Assembly: GCA_023623175.1 (NCBI GenBank)
Contig: JAMNXU010000010.1
Location: forward strand, 20,967 to 84,966
Direction of reading: 5' to 3'
Source of the DNA: Bacillota bacterium
Lineage (GTDB): Bacteria; Bacillota; Clostridia; Acetivibrionales; JAMNXU01
Length of the DNA: 64,000 nt
This document shows, piece after piece, positions 54,922 through 63,979 of this stretch. Within the stretch, counting starts at the first letter, position 1; the number at the start of each line of letters is the position of its first letter. Both the position numbers and the translations under genes were made by a program. A model generated the notes under the pieces. That model searched no databases and was not told the origin of the DNA. It was given only the letters and a program-made list of their open reading frames with translations.

Positions 54922-55818
54922 ATGGGAAACAATGTGCACAACCTTATCATGAATCTGCAGACAGGCATGCCCAAATTCAGCAAGGGACAGAAACTGATTG
55001 CCAATTACATAATAAACAACTATGACAAGGCTGCCTTCATGACTGCCGCAAAACTGGGCGAAGAAGTCGGAGTCAGCGAATCGACGGTTGTCAGGTTTGC
55101 CACGGAACTGGGTTTTGAAGGATATCCACAGCTTCAGAAAGTCTTGCAGGAGCTTATCAAGAGCAAGCTTACATCAATACAGAGAATGGAAGTATCGTCG
55201 AGCAGGATAAACGAAAACAACATAGTAAAAAGCGTGCTGCAGTCGGACATGGAAAAAATCAGGATTACTCTCGAGGAGCTTAACCAGGAAACGTTCAATG
55301 CCGTGGTGGAAAGCATACTGAACGCAAAAACAATTTACATCCTCGGAGTAAGGAGCTCGGCGACGCTCGCGAGCTTCCTGGGGTTTTACTTTAACCTTAT
55401 GTTCAGCAATGTAAGGCTGATACAGACAACGAGCGTTAGCGAGATGTTTGAACAGATAATAAGGGCTTCAAAAGGCGATGTGGTAATAGGCATAAGTTTT
55501 CCGAGGTATTCCAGGAGAACGATAAAGGCTCTTCAGTTTGCAAAGTCCCAGGAGGCTACGGTTGTAGCCATTACCGACAGCATGCAGTCGCCGCTGGCGG
55601 CAGTGGCAGACCACAGCCTGATTGCCCGAAGCGACATGGCGTCTTTTGCCGACTCCCTTGTGGCCCCCCTGAGTGTTATCAACGCGCTGATTGTCGCGCT
55701 GGGCCTGAGGAAAAAGGATGAAATATACGGTACGTTTGAGAAGCTGGAAAAGATCTGGGACGAGTACCAGGTATACGAGAAATATGACAACACCGAACCT
55801 GTAAGCCTGCATGAATAA
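54922..55818 (+). CDS. MurR/RpiR-family transcriptional regulator (HTH plus SIS)
   Basis: N-terminal HTH_6-type segment (AAKLGEEVGVSESTVVRFATELGF) and a C-terminal SIS domain. AGGAGAG RBS. Confidence 0.85.
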   Translation: MGNNVHNLIMNLQTGMPKFSKGQKLIANYIINNYDKAAFMTAAKLGEEVGVSESTVVRFATELGFEGYPQLQKVLQELIKSKLTSIQRMEVSSSRINENNIVKSVLQSDMEKIRITLEELNQETFNAVVESILNAKTIYILGVRSSATLASFLGFYFNLMFSNVRLIQTTSVSEMFEQIIRASKGDVVIGISFPRYSRRTIKALQFAKSQEATVVAITDSMQSPLAAVADHSLIARSDMASFADSLVAPLSVINALIVALGLRKKDEIYGTFEKLEKIWDEYQVYEKYDNTEPVSLHE

Positions 55819-55830
55819 TTCAGCGGGACA

Positions 55831-55874
55831 GGAGAACCGTCCCCGTGTCCCGGGAGAACCGTCCCCGTGTCCCG
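55831..55874. repeat. perfect 22-bp tandem duplication
   Basis: ggagaaccgtccccgtgtcccg occurs twice (55831-55852 and 55853-55874) in the rpiR-flavoprotein spacer. Confidence 0.9.
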
Positions 55875-55897
55875 TATTCCGAGGTGGATGTGTTACG

Positions 55898-57133
55898 ATG
55901 GATTTAAAAAGAAAGGTCGTTGTGGTCGGCGGAGGACCCGCGGGAATAATGGCGGCGGGGAAAGCGGCCGAAAAGGGCTGCGATGTGCTGCTGCTGGAAA
56001 AGAACGACCGTTTGGGCAGGAAAATTCTAATATCGGGCAAGGGCCGTTGCAATATAACCAATGACACCGATATCGAGGGATTGATTGAGAATATTCCCGG
56101 CAACGGGAATTTTTTGTATTCGGCTTTTTATAATTTCTCCAACCATGACCTGATCCGCTTTTTTAACGAAAGGGGACTGGAAACAAAAGTTGAGAGGGGC
56201 GGCAGGGTGTTTCCTGTGTCCGACCGGTCCCGTGACGTTGTTGACACGCTGAAAAAATACTTAAAGGAATGCGGGGTCAGCGTAAGGTACGGAGCGAGTG
56301 TCAAAAACGTTTCCACAAACGATGGAAAAGTTGAAGGCGTAGTTCTTGAAAACGGTGAATTCATCAAGGCTGACCGCGTTGTACTGGCAACTGGCGGAGC
56401 TTCGTACCCCGGAACAGGTTCCACGGGCGACGGATACAGGATAGCCCAAAGACTCGGGCATACCGTCGTTGATCTGAAGCCTTCCCTTGTGCCCCTTGTT
56501 ACAAGGGAGAAATGGGTTAAGGACCTCCAGGGACTGACGCTCAAAAACGTTGCGATAAAAATAACAGACCTGGACGGCAGGAAAATTTACGACGATTTCG
56601 GAGAAATGCTTTTCACCCATTTCGGCGTTTCGGGTCCCGTAATTTTAAGCGCGAGCAGGCATATTTTAGACTATAACTACAGGAATGTGAAGCTGACGAT
56701 AGATTTAAAGCCGGCGCTGGATGAAAACAGGCTCGACGAGAGAATACAAAGGGATTTTGCGTCTTTCTCCAACAAGCACTTCAAAAATTCCCTCGGCGAG
56801 CTTTTGCCCAGGAAGCTCATACCCGTGATTATCAACCTTTCGGGCATTGATCCGGACAAGCCCGTAAACCAGGTGACAAGGGAAGAGAGAAAGAGGCTCT
56901 CAAGGCTTTTGAAAGGCCTGGAGCTTGCAATTGTCGGTTCAAGACCGCTTAGTGAGGCAATTGTCACAGCAGGAGGTGTGAGTACCGATGAAATTAATCC
57001 GTCAACGATGGAGTCTAAACTTGTAAAAGGTCTTTTCTTTGCCGGCGAAATAATTGACGTGGACGGCTATACCGGGGGATACAACCTCACGATCGCCTTT
57101 TCCACGGGGTGCCTTGCGGGCATTAATTGCTGA
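55898..57133 (+). CDS. HI0933/BaiN-family FAD-dependent oxidoreductase
   Basis: VVVVGGGPAGIMAA dinucleotide fold, GKGRCNITN, and C-terminal GLFFAGEIIDVDGYTGGYNL, typical of this family. Confidence 0.85.
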   Translation: MDLKRKVVVVGGGPAGIMAAGKAAEKGCDVLLLEKNDRLGRKILISGKGRCNITNDTDIEGLIENIPGNGNFLYSAFYNFSNHDLIRFFNERGLETKVERGGRVFPVSDRSRDVVDTLKKYLKECGVSVRYGASVKNVSTNDGKVEGVVLENGEFIKADRVVLATGGASYPGTGSTGDGYRIAQRLGHTVVDLKPSLVPLVTREKWVKDLQGLTLKNVAIKITDLDGRKIYDDFGEMLFTHFGVSGPVILSASRHILDYNYRNVKLTIDLKPALDENRLDERIQRDFASFSNKHFKNSLGELLPRKLIPVIINLSGIDPDKPVNQVTREERKRLSRLLKGLELAIVGSRPLSEAIVTAGGVSTDEINPSTMESKLVKGLFFAGEIIDVDGYTGGYNLTIAFSTGCLAGINC

Positions 57134-57218
57134 AGTATTTTTGATGATATCGGAGCATATTAATATAACGGATATTTCCTGTTTTAGCATGCTTAAAAAG
57201 ATTTTCGGAGAGTGGCGT

Positions 57219-57704
57219 ATGGGACTGTTGGACCGCAGAATCAGGAGGAGGGGCAGCGCGGCAAGAAGCCCGGTCAATTTTGACCAGGTACTGTTTGTGT
57301 TGTGTGTTACCGTTTTTTTTATTTTAATACTGGTTCAGACAGCATTGATAAGTCCAACTGTTAAAGATTTCCTTGAAGCACAGAATGAATATGAAGGACG
57401 GCCCCTGGGCACCGAGGAATATTTGTATTCCGAAGGCGCGCTGGCGCTGAGGCTTAACGGAGAACAGCCCAATGAAAAAATAAAGGTCCTGGTGAACGGC
57501 GACACTGTTGCTGCTTTCAGCGCCAACACGGTTGCAATAAGGGTGCGGGACGGAGATGTCGTGGAAATTGACGCCAGTGAAGATATGGATGAACACGAAA
57601 TCGAAATTGTATCGCAGAGCGACAATATTATTACTGAATGCACCGGAATGAAGCTTGTTGTAAAATCGGAAGTGAAGATGCTTGTGCGTGTCCGCGTGGA
57701 GTAG
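57219..57704 (+). CDS. hypothetical single-TM protein (161 aa)
   Basis: ATG 57219 follows GGAGAG. Basic N-terminus, one TM helix, then a beta-rich extracytoplasmic domain. The start is uncertain. Confidence 0.45.
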   Translation: MGLLDRRIRRRGSAARSPVNFDQVLFVLCVTVFFILILVQTALISPTVKDFLEAQNEYEGRPLGTEEYLYSEGALALRLNGEQPNEKIKVLVNGDTVAAFSANTVAIRVRDGDVVEIDASEDMDEHEIEIVSQSDNIITECTGMKLVVKSEVKMLVRVRVE

Positions 57705-57802
57705 CTGTAATGCCTGTACATCCGACAGCAAACAATATTGTATTAAGGAGAATATTGCTATATAATAGAAAAATGAAGCAGTCCTGAAACAGGAGTATGG
57801 CT

Positions 57803-58228
57803 ATGGAAAAAACGAAAAACGAATTCGGCAGCAGGGATATTGCTTCTGCTGCCATAAAAATCGCCTTAACCGTGGACAGGCTTGAAGAAAAGCAGTTGCA
57901 GTACGAATTTGCCCGGCTTGGCATCAAAACTGCCGCCGCGGATTTCGGCGGGGAGTTCATATCTTCAGTGATGAAAATAATTGAAAGAGCAGTGGTGTCT
58001 TCTAAACGCGAAGGAGTAATCACGGACACCCATGCCGAAGAAGGCGCCGTGGCGGGAGCTACAAGGGAAGCCCTTTCCATGATTATTCCAAAGGCGATCG
58101 GTTTGAATGTGGGAGGCAAGATTGGCATTGCCCGATACAATGATCATATAAGCGTTGCCATTTTCTTTGGAATAGGTCTGCTGCACCTTAATGAAGTTTC
58201 CATCGGTCTTGGACACAGGGTAATATAA
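57803..58228 (+). CDS. HutP-family RNA-binding protein
   Basis: Colinear by eye with Bacillus HutP (VITDTHAEEGAVAGATREAL, ISVAIFFGIGLLHL). ATG 57803 sits 7 nt after AGGAG. Confidence 0.8.
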   Translation: MEKTKNEFGSRDIASAAIKIALTVDRLEEKQLQYEFARLGIKTAAADFGGEFISSVMKIIERAVVSSKREGVITDTHAEEGAVAGATREALSMIIPKAIGLNVGGKIGIARYNDHISVAIFFGIGLLHLNEVSIGLGHRVI

Positions 58229-58240
58229 TTTGCTGGGAGG

Positions 58241-59287
58241 ATGCGACAATTGCCGGTCAGAGCCATAAGGGGAGCAATAACCGTTAATGAAAACAACGCG
58301 GAACAAATCCTTGATGCAACAAAAACACTGCTTTCCGAAATTGTCGAAAGAAACGGCCTCGATTCGGAAGATGTGATTTCCGTAATATTTTCAGTCACTA
58401 AAGACCTTGATGCAGTCTATCCGGCTGTTGCCGCCAGGCAGATGGGATGGACCGACACGCCCCTGTTTTGCCTGAACGAGATGAACGTGCCCGGAAGTCT
58501 CCCAAGATGCATCAGGGTATTGATGCACGTGGATACGGAAAAATCCAAGAAAGAAATTGTCCATGTGTATTTGGGCGGCGCATCGGTTTTAAGGCCTGAT
58601 CTTGCCGAGAGAAAAATAACCATCGCCATAGATGGACCCGCAGGTTCGGGCAAGAGCACGGTGGCAAAAATCATCTCAAAAAAGCTGGGAATTATATACC
58701 TGGATACCGGCGCCATGTACAGGACGGTAGCGCTCAAGGCCATTCGCGAGGGCATTGACACCACCGACGCCGGAAAACTTGCAGAGCTTGTTTCGAATAT
58801 TGACATAAAAATCCGGTACGAAAATCAAAAGCAGCTTATTTTTCTTGACGGCGAGGAAATAAGTTCTCTTATCCGTACTCCGGAAGTTTCCATCGGCGCG
58901 TCCAATGTGGCTGTTGTGCCGGAAGTCCGGTTGAAGATGGTGGAACTCCAGAGGGAAATAGCAAGGGACAACAGCGTCGTAATGGACGGGCGCGATATAG
59001 GGACATACGTGTTGCCCGATGCTACCGTGAAAATTTATCTTTCAGCCTCGGTGGAAGAACGGGCGCTGCGCAGGTACAGGGAGCAGTGCGCGAGCGGAGT
59101 GAGCGGCATTACACTTGAGCAGGTGAAAAGGGATATCGAATACAGGGATAAGAATGATTCGGGCAGAGCCTTTGCCCCGCTGGCAAAGGCTGAAGACGCC
59201 GTTGAAATAGATACGACGGGACTTACCATAGATGAGGTTGTAAACAGGGTACTTGAAATTGTAAAGGAAAAGACAGAAGATGATTGA
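58241..59287 (+). CDS. cmk: fusion protein: AroH-type chorismate mutase (N) plus cytidylate kinase (C)
   Basis: Residues 1 to about 120 align with AroH (IRGAITV...CIRVLMHV...VLRPDL). These are followed directly by Cmk (ITIAIDGPAGSGKSTVAK...LDTGAMYR...DGRDIGT) in one uninterrupted frame. Confidence 0.88.
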   Translation: MRQLPVRAIRGAITVNENNAEQILDATKTLLSEIVERNGLDSEDVISVIFSVTKDLDAVYPAVAARQMGWTDTPLFCLNEMNVPGSLPRCIRVLMHVDTEKSKKEIVHVYLGGASVLRPDLAERKITIAIDGPAGSGKSTVAKIISKKLGIIYLDTGAMYRTVALKAIREGIDTTDAGKLAELVSNIDIKIRYENQKQLIFLDGEEISSLIRTPEVSIGASNVAVVPEVRLKMVELQREIARDNSVVMDGRDIGTYVLPDATVKIYLSASVEERALRRYREQCASGVSGITLEQVKRDIEYRDKNDSGRAFAPLAKAEDAVEIDTTGLTIDEVVNRVLEIVKEKTEDD

Positions 59288-59855
59288 ACTGATCAGGGCC
59301 ATTGTTTTTTTGCTTTTTAGCATTTTTTTCAGGGTTAAGGTTATAGGACGGGAAAATGTACCTTCCGAAGGACCTGCGCTGATATGTGCCAATCACGTCA
59401 GCGAGCTTGACATGTTTCTGATCGGGTACAGGATAAAAAGGCTCGTCCACTGGATGGCCAAGGAGGAGCTTTTCAGGAATCCTGTCCTTCGCTTTATAAT
59501 CCGCAAACTGGGAGCGTTTCCCGTAAGGCGGGGCACCGGCGACATAGGCGCTATCAAGACGGCTGTAAAACTTTTAAATGAAGGTCATTTGGTGGGTATT
59601 TTTCCCGAAGGACATCGCAGAAGAAAGAAAGGCGTTATGAAAGTCCATGCCGGTACCGGCATGATCGCTCTGAAAACCGGCGTGCCGGTCATTCCCGTGT
59701 CCATTGACGGAACATGCAGGATTTTCAGCAGGATAAGGGTAATTTTCGGCGAACCTTTCATTCCCGGAACTGACGACGGCAGTTTTACGAGCGACGACTA
59801 CCGCAGGGTAAGCGAGCAGATAATGCAGAAAGTTTATTCCCAAATGGAGGATTGA
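59280..59855 (+). CDS. plsC: 1-acyl-sn-glycerol-3-phosphate acyltransferase
   Basis: NHVSELD (HX4D) and FPEGHR motifs. Overlaps the cmk stop by 8 nt. Confidence 0.85.
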   Translation: MIELIRAIVFLLFSIFFRVKVIGRENVPSEGPALICANHVSELDMFLIGYRIKRLVHWMAKEELFRNPVLRFIIRKLGAFPVRRGTGDIGAIKTAVKLLNEGHLVGIFPEGHRRRKKGVMKVHAGTGMIALKTGVPVIPVSIDGTCRIFSRIRVIFGEPFIPGTDDGSFTSDDYRRVSEQIMQKVYSQMED

Positions 59856-59857
59856 TC

Positions 59858-62014
59858 GTGGAAATTATTTTGGCAAAAACCGCCGGCTTTTGCTTTGGTG
59901 TCGGCAATGCCGTAAAAATTGCTGAAAATCTCATAAACAATTATGAAGGCGATATTTACACTCTCGGGCCGATCATTCATAACAGGCAGGTGGTTGAACG
60001 CCTGGAGCAAAAAGGAGTGAAGGTTCTTGAAAGCCCGCAGGAAGTTGAAGGCCCGGGCAAGGTGATCATAAGAACCCACGGCGTTGTCCCGGAAATTTAC
60101 GGGGAATTGGAAAAGCGTGGAGTTGACGTGATCGACGCCACGTGTCCTTATGTAAAAAAAATCCATCAGCTTGTCAGCGAAAAATATAATGAAGGATATC
60201 AAATAATAATCGTAGGAGACAGGAATCATCCTGAAGTAATTGGCATTAACGGGCGTTGTGCCAATTCGGCCATAATACTCGACAGTGTTGAACAGGTCGA
60301 TTCGTTGCCCGACATACAGAAAGAAATATGCGTGGTGGCCCAGACGACTATAAACAGGGAAAAATGGGACGCAATTAATAATAGTTTACAAAAAAGATTT
60401 AAAAATTTGACGAAATTTGATACAATATGCAATGCGACCACCACAAGGCAGAGAGAAGCAGTAAAAATCGCTTCAAACGTGGATCTGATGCTTGTAATAG
60501 GCAGCAGGAAGAGCAGCAACACGCAAAAGCTGTTCGAAATATGCAAAAAATACTGCAACAATACGTATCAAATTGAAACCGCCGGTGAAATTCCGCCGGT
60601 GGATTTTAAAAAAATAAAAAAAACAGGTATTACTGCCGGGGCGTCGACACCGGATTGGGTAATCGAGGAGGTTATTTTGAAAATGGAAGAATTAAGCAAA
60701 CAGGCTCTTGAGCAGCAGGATCTCAACGGTGAGAACAAGCAGGAGCCGGAAGGCAATACGCAACAGAACATGCGGCCCGAGTCAGCGCAGGAACCGGAGC
60801 TTAACCAGGGGACAAACGGGCAGCAGGCTTATGAACAGGAATTAAGCTTTGCTGAAGCTTTCGAAAAATCAATGGTCGTTCTCGAGCCCGGAAGCATAGT
60901 CAAAGGCAGAATAATAGGTTATAACTCCAATGAAGTGTTTGTTGACCTGGGCTACAAATCCGACGGGATTATCACGATGGAAGAGTTCAGCGATGACCCG
61001 GAATTTGTGCCCGGAAACTCCGTAAAAATCGGGGACGAAATTGAAGTTTACATTCTGAAGGTCAATGACGGTGAAGGTAACGTTCTTCTTTCAAAGAAGC
61101 GCGTTGATGCAATAAAGAACTGGGAAGCAGTGGAGAAGGCTTACGAGGAAAACAGGCCGATTGATGCAAAAGTTGTAAGCATCGTTAAAGGAGGAGTCAT
61201 GGCTTCGGCCGGGGGAATCAGGATATTCATTCCGGCTTCCCAGATAAGCGACAGGTATGAGAAAGATCTGTCCACATTCCTTAAAAAGAACGTTACAGTA
61301 AAGATTATTGAATTCAACAGGAACAGGAAGAAACTCGTCGGTTCAAGGAAAGTTGTGCTCGAAGAGCAGAAAAAAGTTGCTGAAGAAAATTTCTGGAACA
61401 ATATTGAACTCGGCAAGGCTTATAAAGGCGAAGTCAAAAGTCTTACCAATTTCGGAGCCTTTGTAGATCTGGGCGGCGTTGACGGGCTGATTCACATTTC
61501 TGAGCTGTCGTGGACAAAGATCAAGCATCCTTCAGAGGTTCTCAAGCAGGGGGATGTGGTTGAAGTTTATATCAAGGACTTTGACAAGGAACAGAAGCGT
61601 GTATCGCTGGGGTACAGGAAACAGGAGGACAATCCCTGGTACAAGGCTGCGCAGAAATACAACGTCGGCGACATTGTAAAAGGCAGGGTTGCAAGACTGG
61701 TTCCTTTCGGAGCCTTTGTTGAACTGGAAGAGGGGGTCGACGGTCTTGTCCACATATCCCAGATCTCCAACGTCAGGATAGCCAAGCCTTCCGATGTGCT
61801 TGAAGTTGGACAGACGGTTGAGGCTAAGATCATGGAAATGGATACAGAGGCAAAGAAAATAAGTCTCAGTATCAAGGAAGTCAGCCCCATTGACCCTCCG
61901 AGGGCAGATGAACCTGCAGATACATCGCAGGGTGAAGAAGAGCTTCCAACCGAGCACAGGGAAGAGATGACGAATACTATAGCAGAAATAATAGAAACTT
62001 CGACAGAAGAATAA
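59858..62014 (+). CDS. ispH: fusion protein: 4-hydroxy-3-methylbut-2-enyl diphosphate reductase (IspH) plus ribosomal protein S1-like (4 S1 domains)
   Basis: The N-terminal 280 aa is IspH (AGFCFGV, ATCPYV, ICNATT, SSNT). A Q/E-rich linker follows, then four S1 repeats (G.V..I...G.FV.L). GTG 59858 follows GGAGGA. Confidence 0.9.
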   Translation: MEIILAKTAGFCFGVGNAVKIAENLINNYEGDIYTLGPIIHNRQVVERLEQKGVKVLESPQEVEGPGKVIIRTHGVVPEIYGELEKRGVDVIDATCPYVKKIHQLVSEKYNEGYQIIIVGDRNHPEVIGINGRCANSAIILDSVEQVDSLPDIQKEICVVAQTTINREKWDAINNSLQKRFKNLTKFDTICNATTTRQREAVKIASNVDLMLVIGSRKSSNTQKLFEICKKYCNNTYQIETAGEIPPVDFKKIKKTGITAGASTPDWVIEEVILKMEELSKQALEQQDLNGENKQEPEGNTQQNMRPESAQEPELNQGTNGQQAYEQELSFAEAFEKSMVVLEPGSIVKGRIIGYNSNEVFVDLGYKSDGIITMEEFSDDPEFVPGNSVKIGDEIEVYILKVNDGEGNVLLSKKRVDAIKNWEAVEKAYEENRPIDAKVVSIVKGGVMASAGGIRIFIPASQISDRYEKDLSTFLKKNVTVKIIEFNRNRKKLVGSRKVVLEEQKKVAEENFWNNIELGKAYKGEVKSLTNFGAFVDLGGVDGLIHISELSWTKIKHPSEVLKQGDVVEVYIKDFDKEQKRVSLGYRKQEDNPWYKAAQKYNVGDIVKGRVARLVPFGAFVELEEGVDGLVHISQISNVRIAKPSDVLEVGQTVEAKIMEMDTEAKKISLSIKEVSPIDPPRADEPADTSQGEEELPTEHREEMTNTIAEIIETSTEE

Positions 62015-62041
62015 GCAAAACGCCAACATGAAATAAACCAG

Positions 62042-62066
62042 GCCCTCCGATCTCGGAGGGCTTTTC
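62042..62066 (+). terminator. rho-independent terminator
   Basis: Stem gccctccga/tcggagggc followed by TTTT. Confidence 0.7.
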
Positions 62067-62138
62067 GTAAACGTGTTTTATTAAACACTGTTTGCTGTGA
62101 TCTTTTTTAAGCATGAGAGGGGTCGTGCATTCGGCAAA

Positions 62139-62918
62139 ATGGATTATGAAGGCTTCAAGAAGGCCGTATACGGCCTGACAGGCATTGATCTTTCCAGTTA
62201 CAAGGAAAAACAGATGAAAAGGCGCATCGAAGCGCTTATCAGGAAATGCGGCTTCGATTCCTACGGTGAATACTTCAAGGCAATAAGCGAAGACCGTTCC
62301 CTGCGCTATGAGTTTTTAAACTACCTGACCATCAATGTTTCCGAATTTTACAGGAATCCTGACCAGTGGAAAATATTAGAGAACGACATATTGCCGCACC
62401 TGCTTGAAAAAAACAGGTTTCTCAGGATCTGGAGCGCAGCATGTTCAACCGGCGATGAGCCCTATACGCTCGTCATGGTTTTGAACAGGTTCCTGCCCCT
62501 TTCAAACATCCGCATTCTTGCAACGGATATTGACATGGAAGCGCTGGAAAAAGCAAGGCTGGGAGTTTACAGCGAAAAAAGCGTTGAAAATCTTCCGGCG
62601 GATTTTCTTGGAAAATACTTTTTAAAAGAAGGCGATACGTACAAAATCCTTGATGAAGTTAAGAAATGCGTTGATTTCAGGCGTCATGACCTTTTGAGGG
62701 ACGAATATCCAAAAGAATGCGATCTTATCGTTTGCAGGAACGTTCTGATATACTTTACCGAGGAAGCAAAAGCAGAAATTTATACCAGGTTCAACCGATC
62801 GCTGAAAACCGGTGGTATCCTGTTCGTGGGAAGCACCGAGCAGATTATAATGGCCCACAAGTATCGCCTGAAGCCAATAAGGACATTTTTTTATCAAAAG
62901 GAAGGAGAGCTTCAGTAA
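62139..62918 (+). CDS. cheR: CheR-type protein-glutamate O-methyltransferase (orphan)
   Basis: Contains TINVSEFYRNP, RIWSAACSTGDEPYT and CRNVLIYF motifs. No other che genes in the window. Confidence 0.8.
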   Translation: MDYEGFKKAVYGLTGIDLSSYKEKQMKRRIEALIRKCGFDSYGEYFKAISEDRSLRYEFLNYLTINVSEFYRNPDQWKILENDILPHLLEKNRFLRIWSAACSTGDEPYTLVMVLNRFLPLSNIRILATDIDMEALEKARLGVYSEKSVENLPADFLGKYFLKEGDTYKILDEVKKCVDFRRHDLLRDEYPKECDLIVCRNVLIYFTEEAKAEIYTRFNRSLKTGGILFVGSTEQIIMAHKYRLKPIRTFFYQKEGELQ

Positions 62919-62951
62919 AGTCATTTTTACAATTTTCCAAAACCGGTCGGA

Positions 62952-63632
62952 TTATTTTTGTTTTTTCCTGTTGTTATAAATGGACCACATTGTTTTTCTT
63001 AAAACTTTTAATGCTTCATTAGGCAAAGCGCCATCCAATACGGCCATTTCAAAATATGAAAATAAATATTCTGCAAAAGGAAGCAATATTTCGATATAAT
63101 GCCAGTCAAGTCTGCCTTCAAGTATATTTTCAAATATCCTGAACCTGGTTTCATCGCTCAATACAGGCATAAGCCTGCGAAGCAATTCTTCGTCAATTGT
63201 TTCGAAATTGGAGTTTTTCAACAGCTCGTTAAAGCTCTTCGAGTTCATATACTCGGACAAAGCAGCAAGGTGCGACAAATCAATGCCTTGTCCCTTCAAT
63301 TTTTCAGAGAGATGGTCCAGGACGCTGGGCTTTACAAAAGGAGCAATATTGACGATTTCTTCGGGGCTAACCGCGTTGGTGGTCGATTTATACAGCAGTA
63401 TTTCCGCTTCGGTTTGAGTCGGTTCGCCGGCATTTATAAGATTGTCAACGGATATGCCGAAAACTTCGGAAAGCCTGAGCAGGATAGAAATGTCGGGGAA
63501 GCTGTCGCCGCGTTCGTATTTTGAAATAGCCTGCCGCGTCACGCTGATTTTATCTGCAAGCTCGCTCTGGGTCATATCAGCTGCTTTGCGAAGTTTTGCA
63601 ATATACGCCCCAAATTTTACAATGTCAAACAA
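62952..63632 (-). CDS. XRE-family helix-turn-helix regulator with a C-terminal helical domain
   Basis: N-terminal LRKAADMTQSELADKISVTRQAISKYERGDSFPDISILLRLSEVFGISVDNL is a canonical HTH_3. Confidence 0.75.
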   Translation of the reverse strand: MFDIVKFGAYIAKLRKAADMTQSELADKISVTRQAISKYERGDSFPDISILLRLSEVFGISVDNLINAGEPTQTEAEILLYKSTTNAVSPEEIVNIAPFVKPSVLDHLSEKLKGQGIDLSHLAALSEYMNSKSFNELLKNSNFETIDEELLRRLMPVLSDETRFRIFENILEGRLDWHYIEILLPFAEYLFSYFEMAVLDGALPNEALKVLRKTMWSIYNNRKKQK

Positions 63633-63793
63633 TTGGGAACACCACCTTTACTATAATTTTACTTTTCGCGGATAGATTTCTCAAGCAACGGGCGGTTGCA
63701 AAAGCAAACTCCACTATGCGTAAACTGGTGGCGGAAATTACATTTTATTTTAAATGAGAGCTCAAAAAAATTGCAAAAAGTTTATATTACCAC

Positions 63794-63822
63794 TTGAATT
63801 ATAAAATCTTTTTTAGTACAAT
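63794..63822 (+). promoter_or_regulatory. candidate sigma-A promoter for tRNA-Leu
   Basis: TTGAAT (63794-63799), 17 nt, TACAAT (63817-63822), about 37 nt before the tRNA. Confidence 0.5.
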
Positions 63823-63858
63823 ATGTATTGCGCTCGTCAGTAGCGCAACGTGAGATGT

Positions 63859-63945
63859 GCGAGAATGGCGGAATTGGCAGACGCGCTAGATTCAGGTTCT
63901 AGTAACCGCAAGGTTGTGCAGGTTCAAGTCCTGTTTCTCGCACCA
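63859..63945 (+). tRNA. tRNA-Leu (CAG), long variable arm, CCA encoded
   Basis: Acceptor gcgagaa/ttctcgc, anticodon stem ctaga/tctag with loop TTCAGGT, T-loop TTCAAGT. Confidence 0.93.
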
Positions 63946-63946
63946 G

Positions 63947-63979
63947 GGATTTCAGCTTTTTAGCTGAAATCCTTTTTTG
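63947..63979 (+). terminator. rho-independent terminator after tRNA-Leu
   Basis: Perfect 11-bp stem ggatttcagct/agctgaaatcc with a 4-nt loop and a T6 run. Confidence 0.75.
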
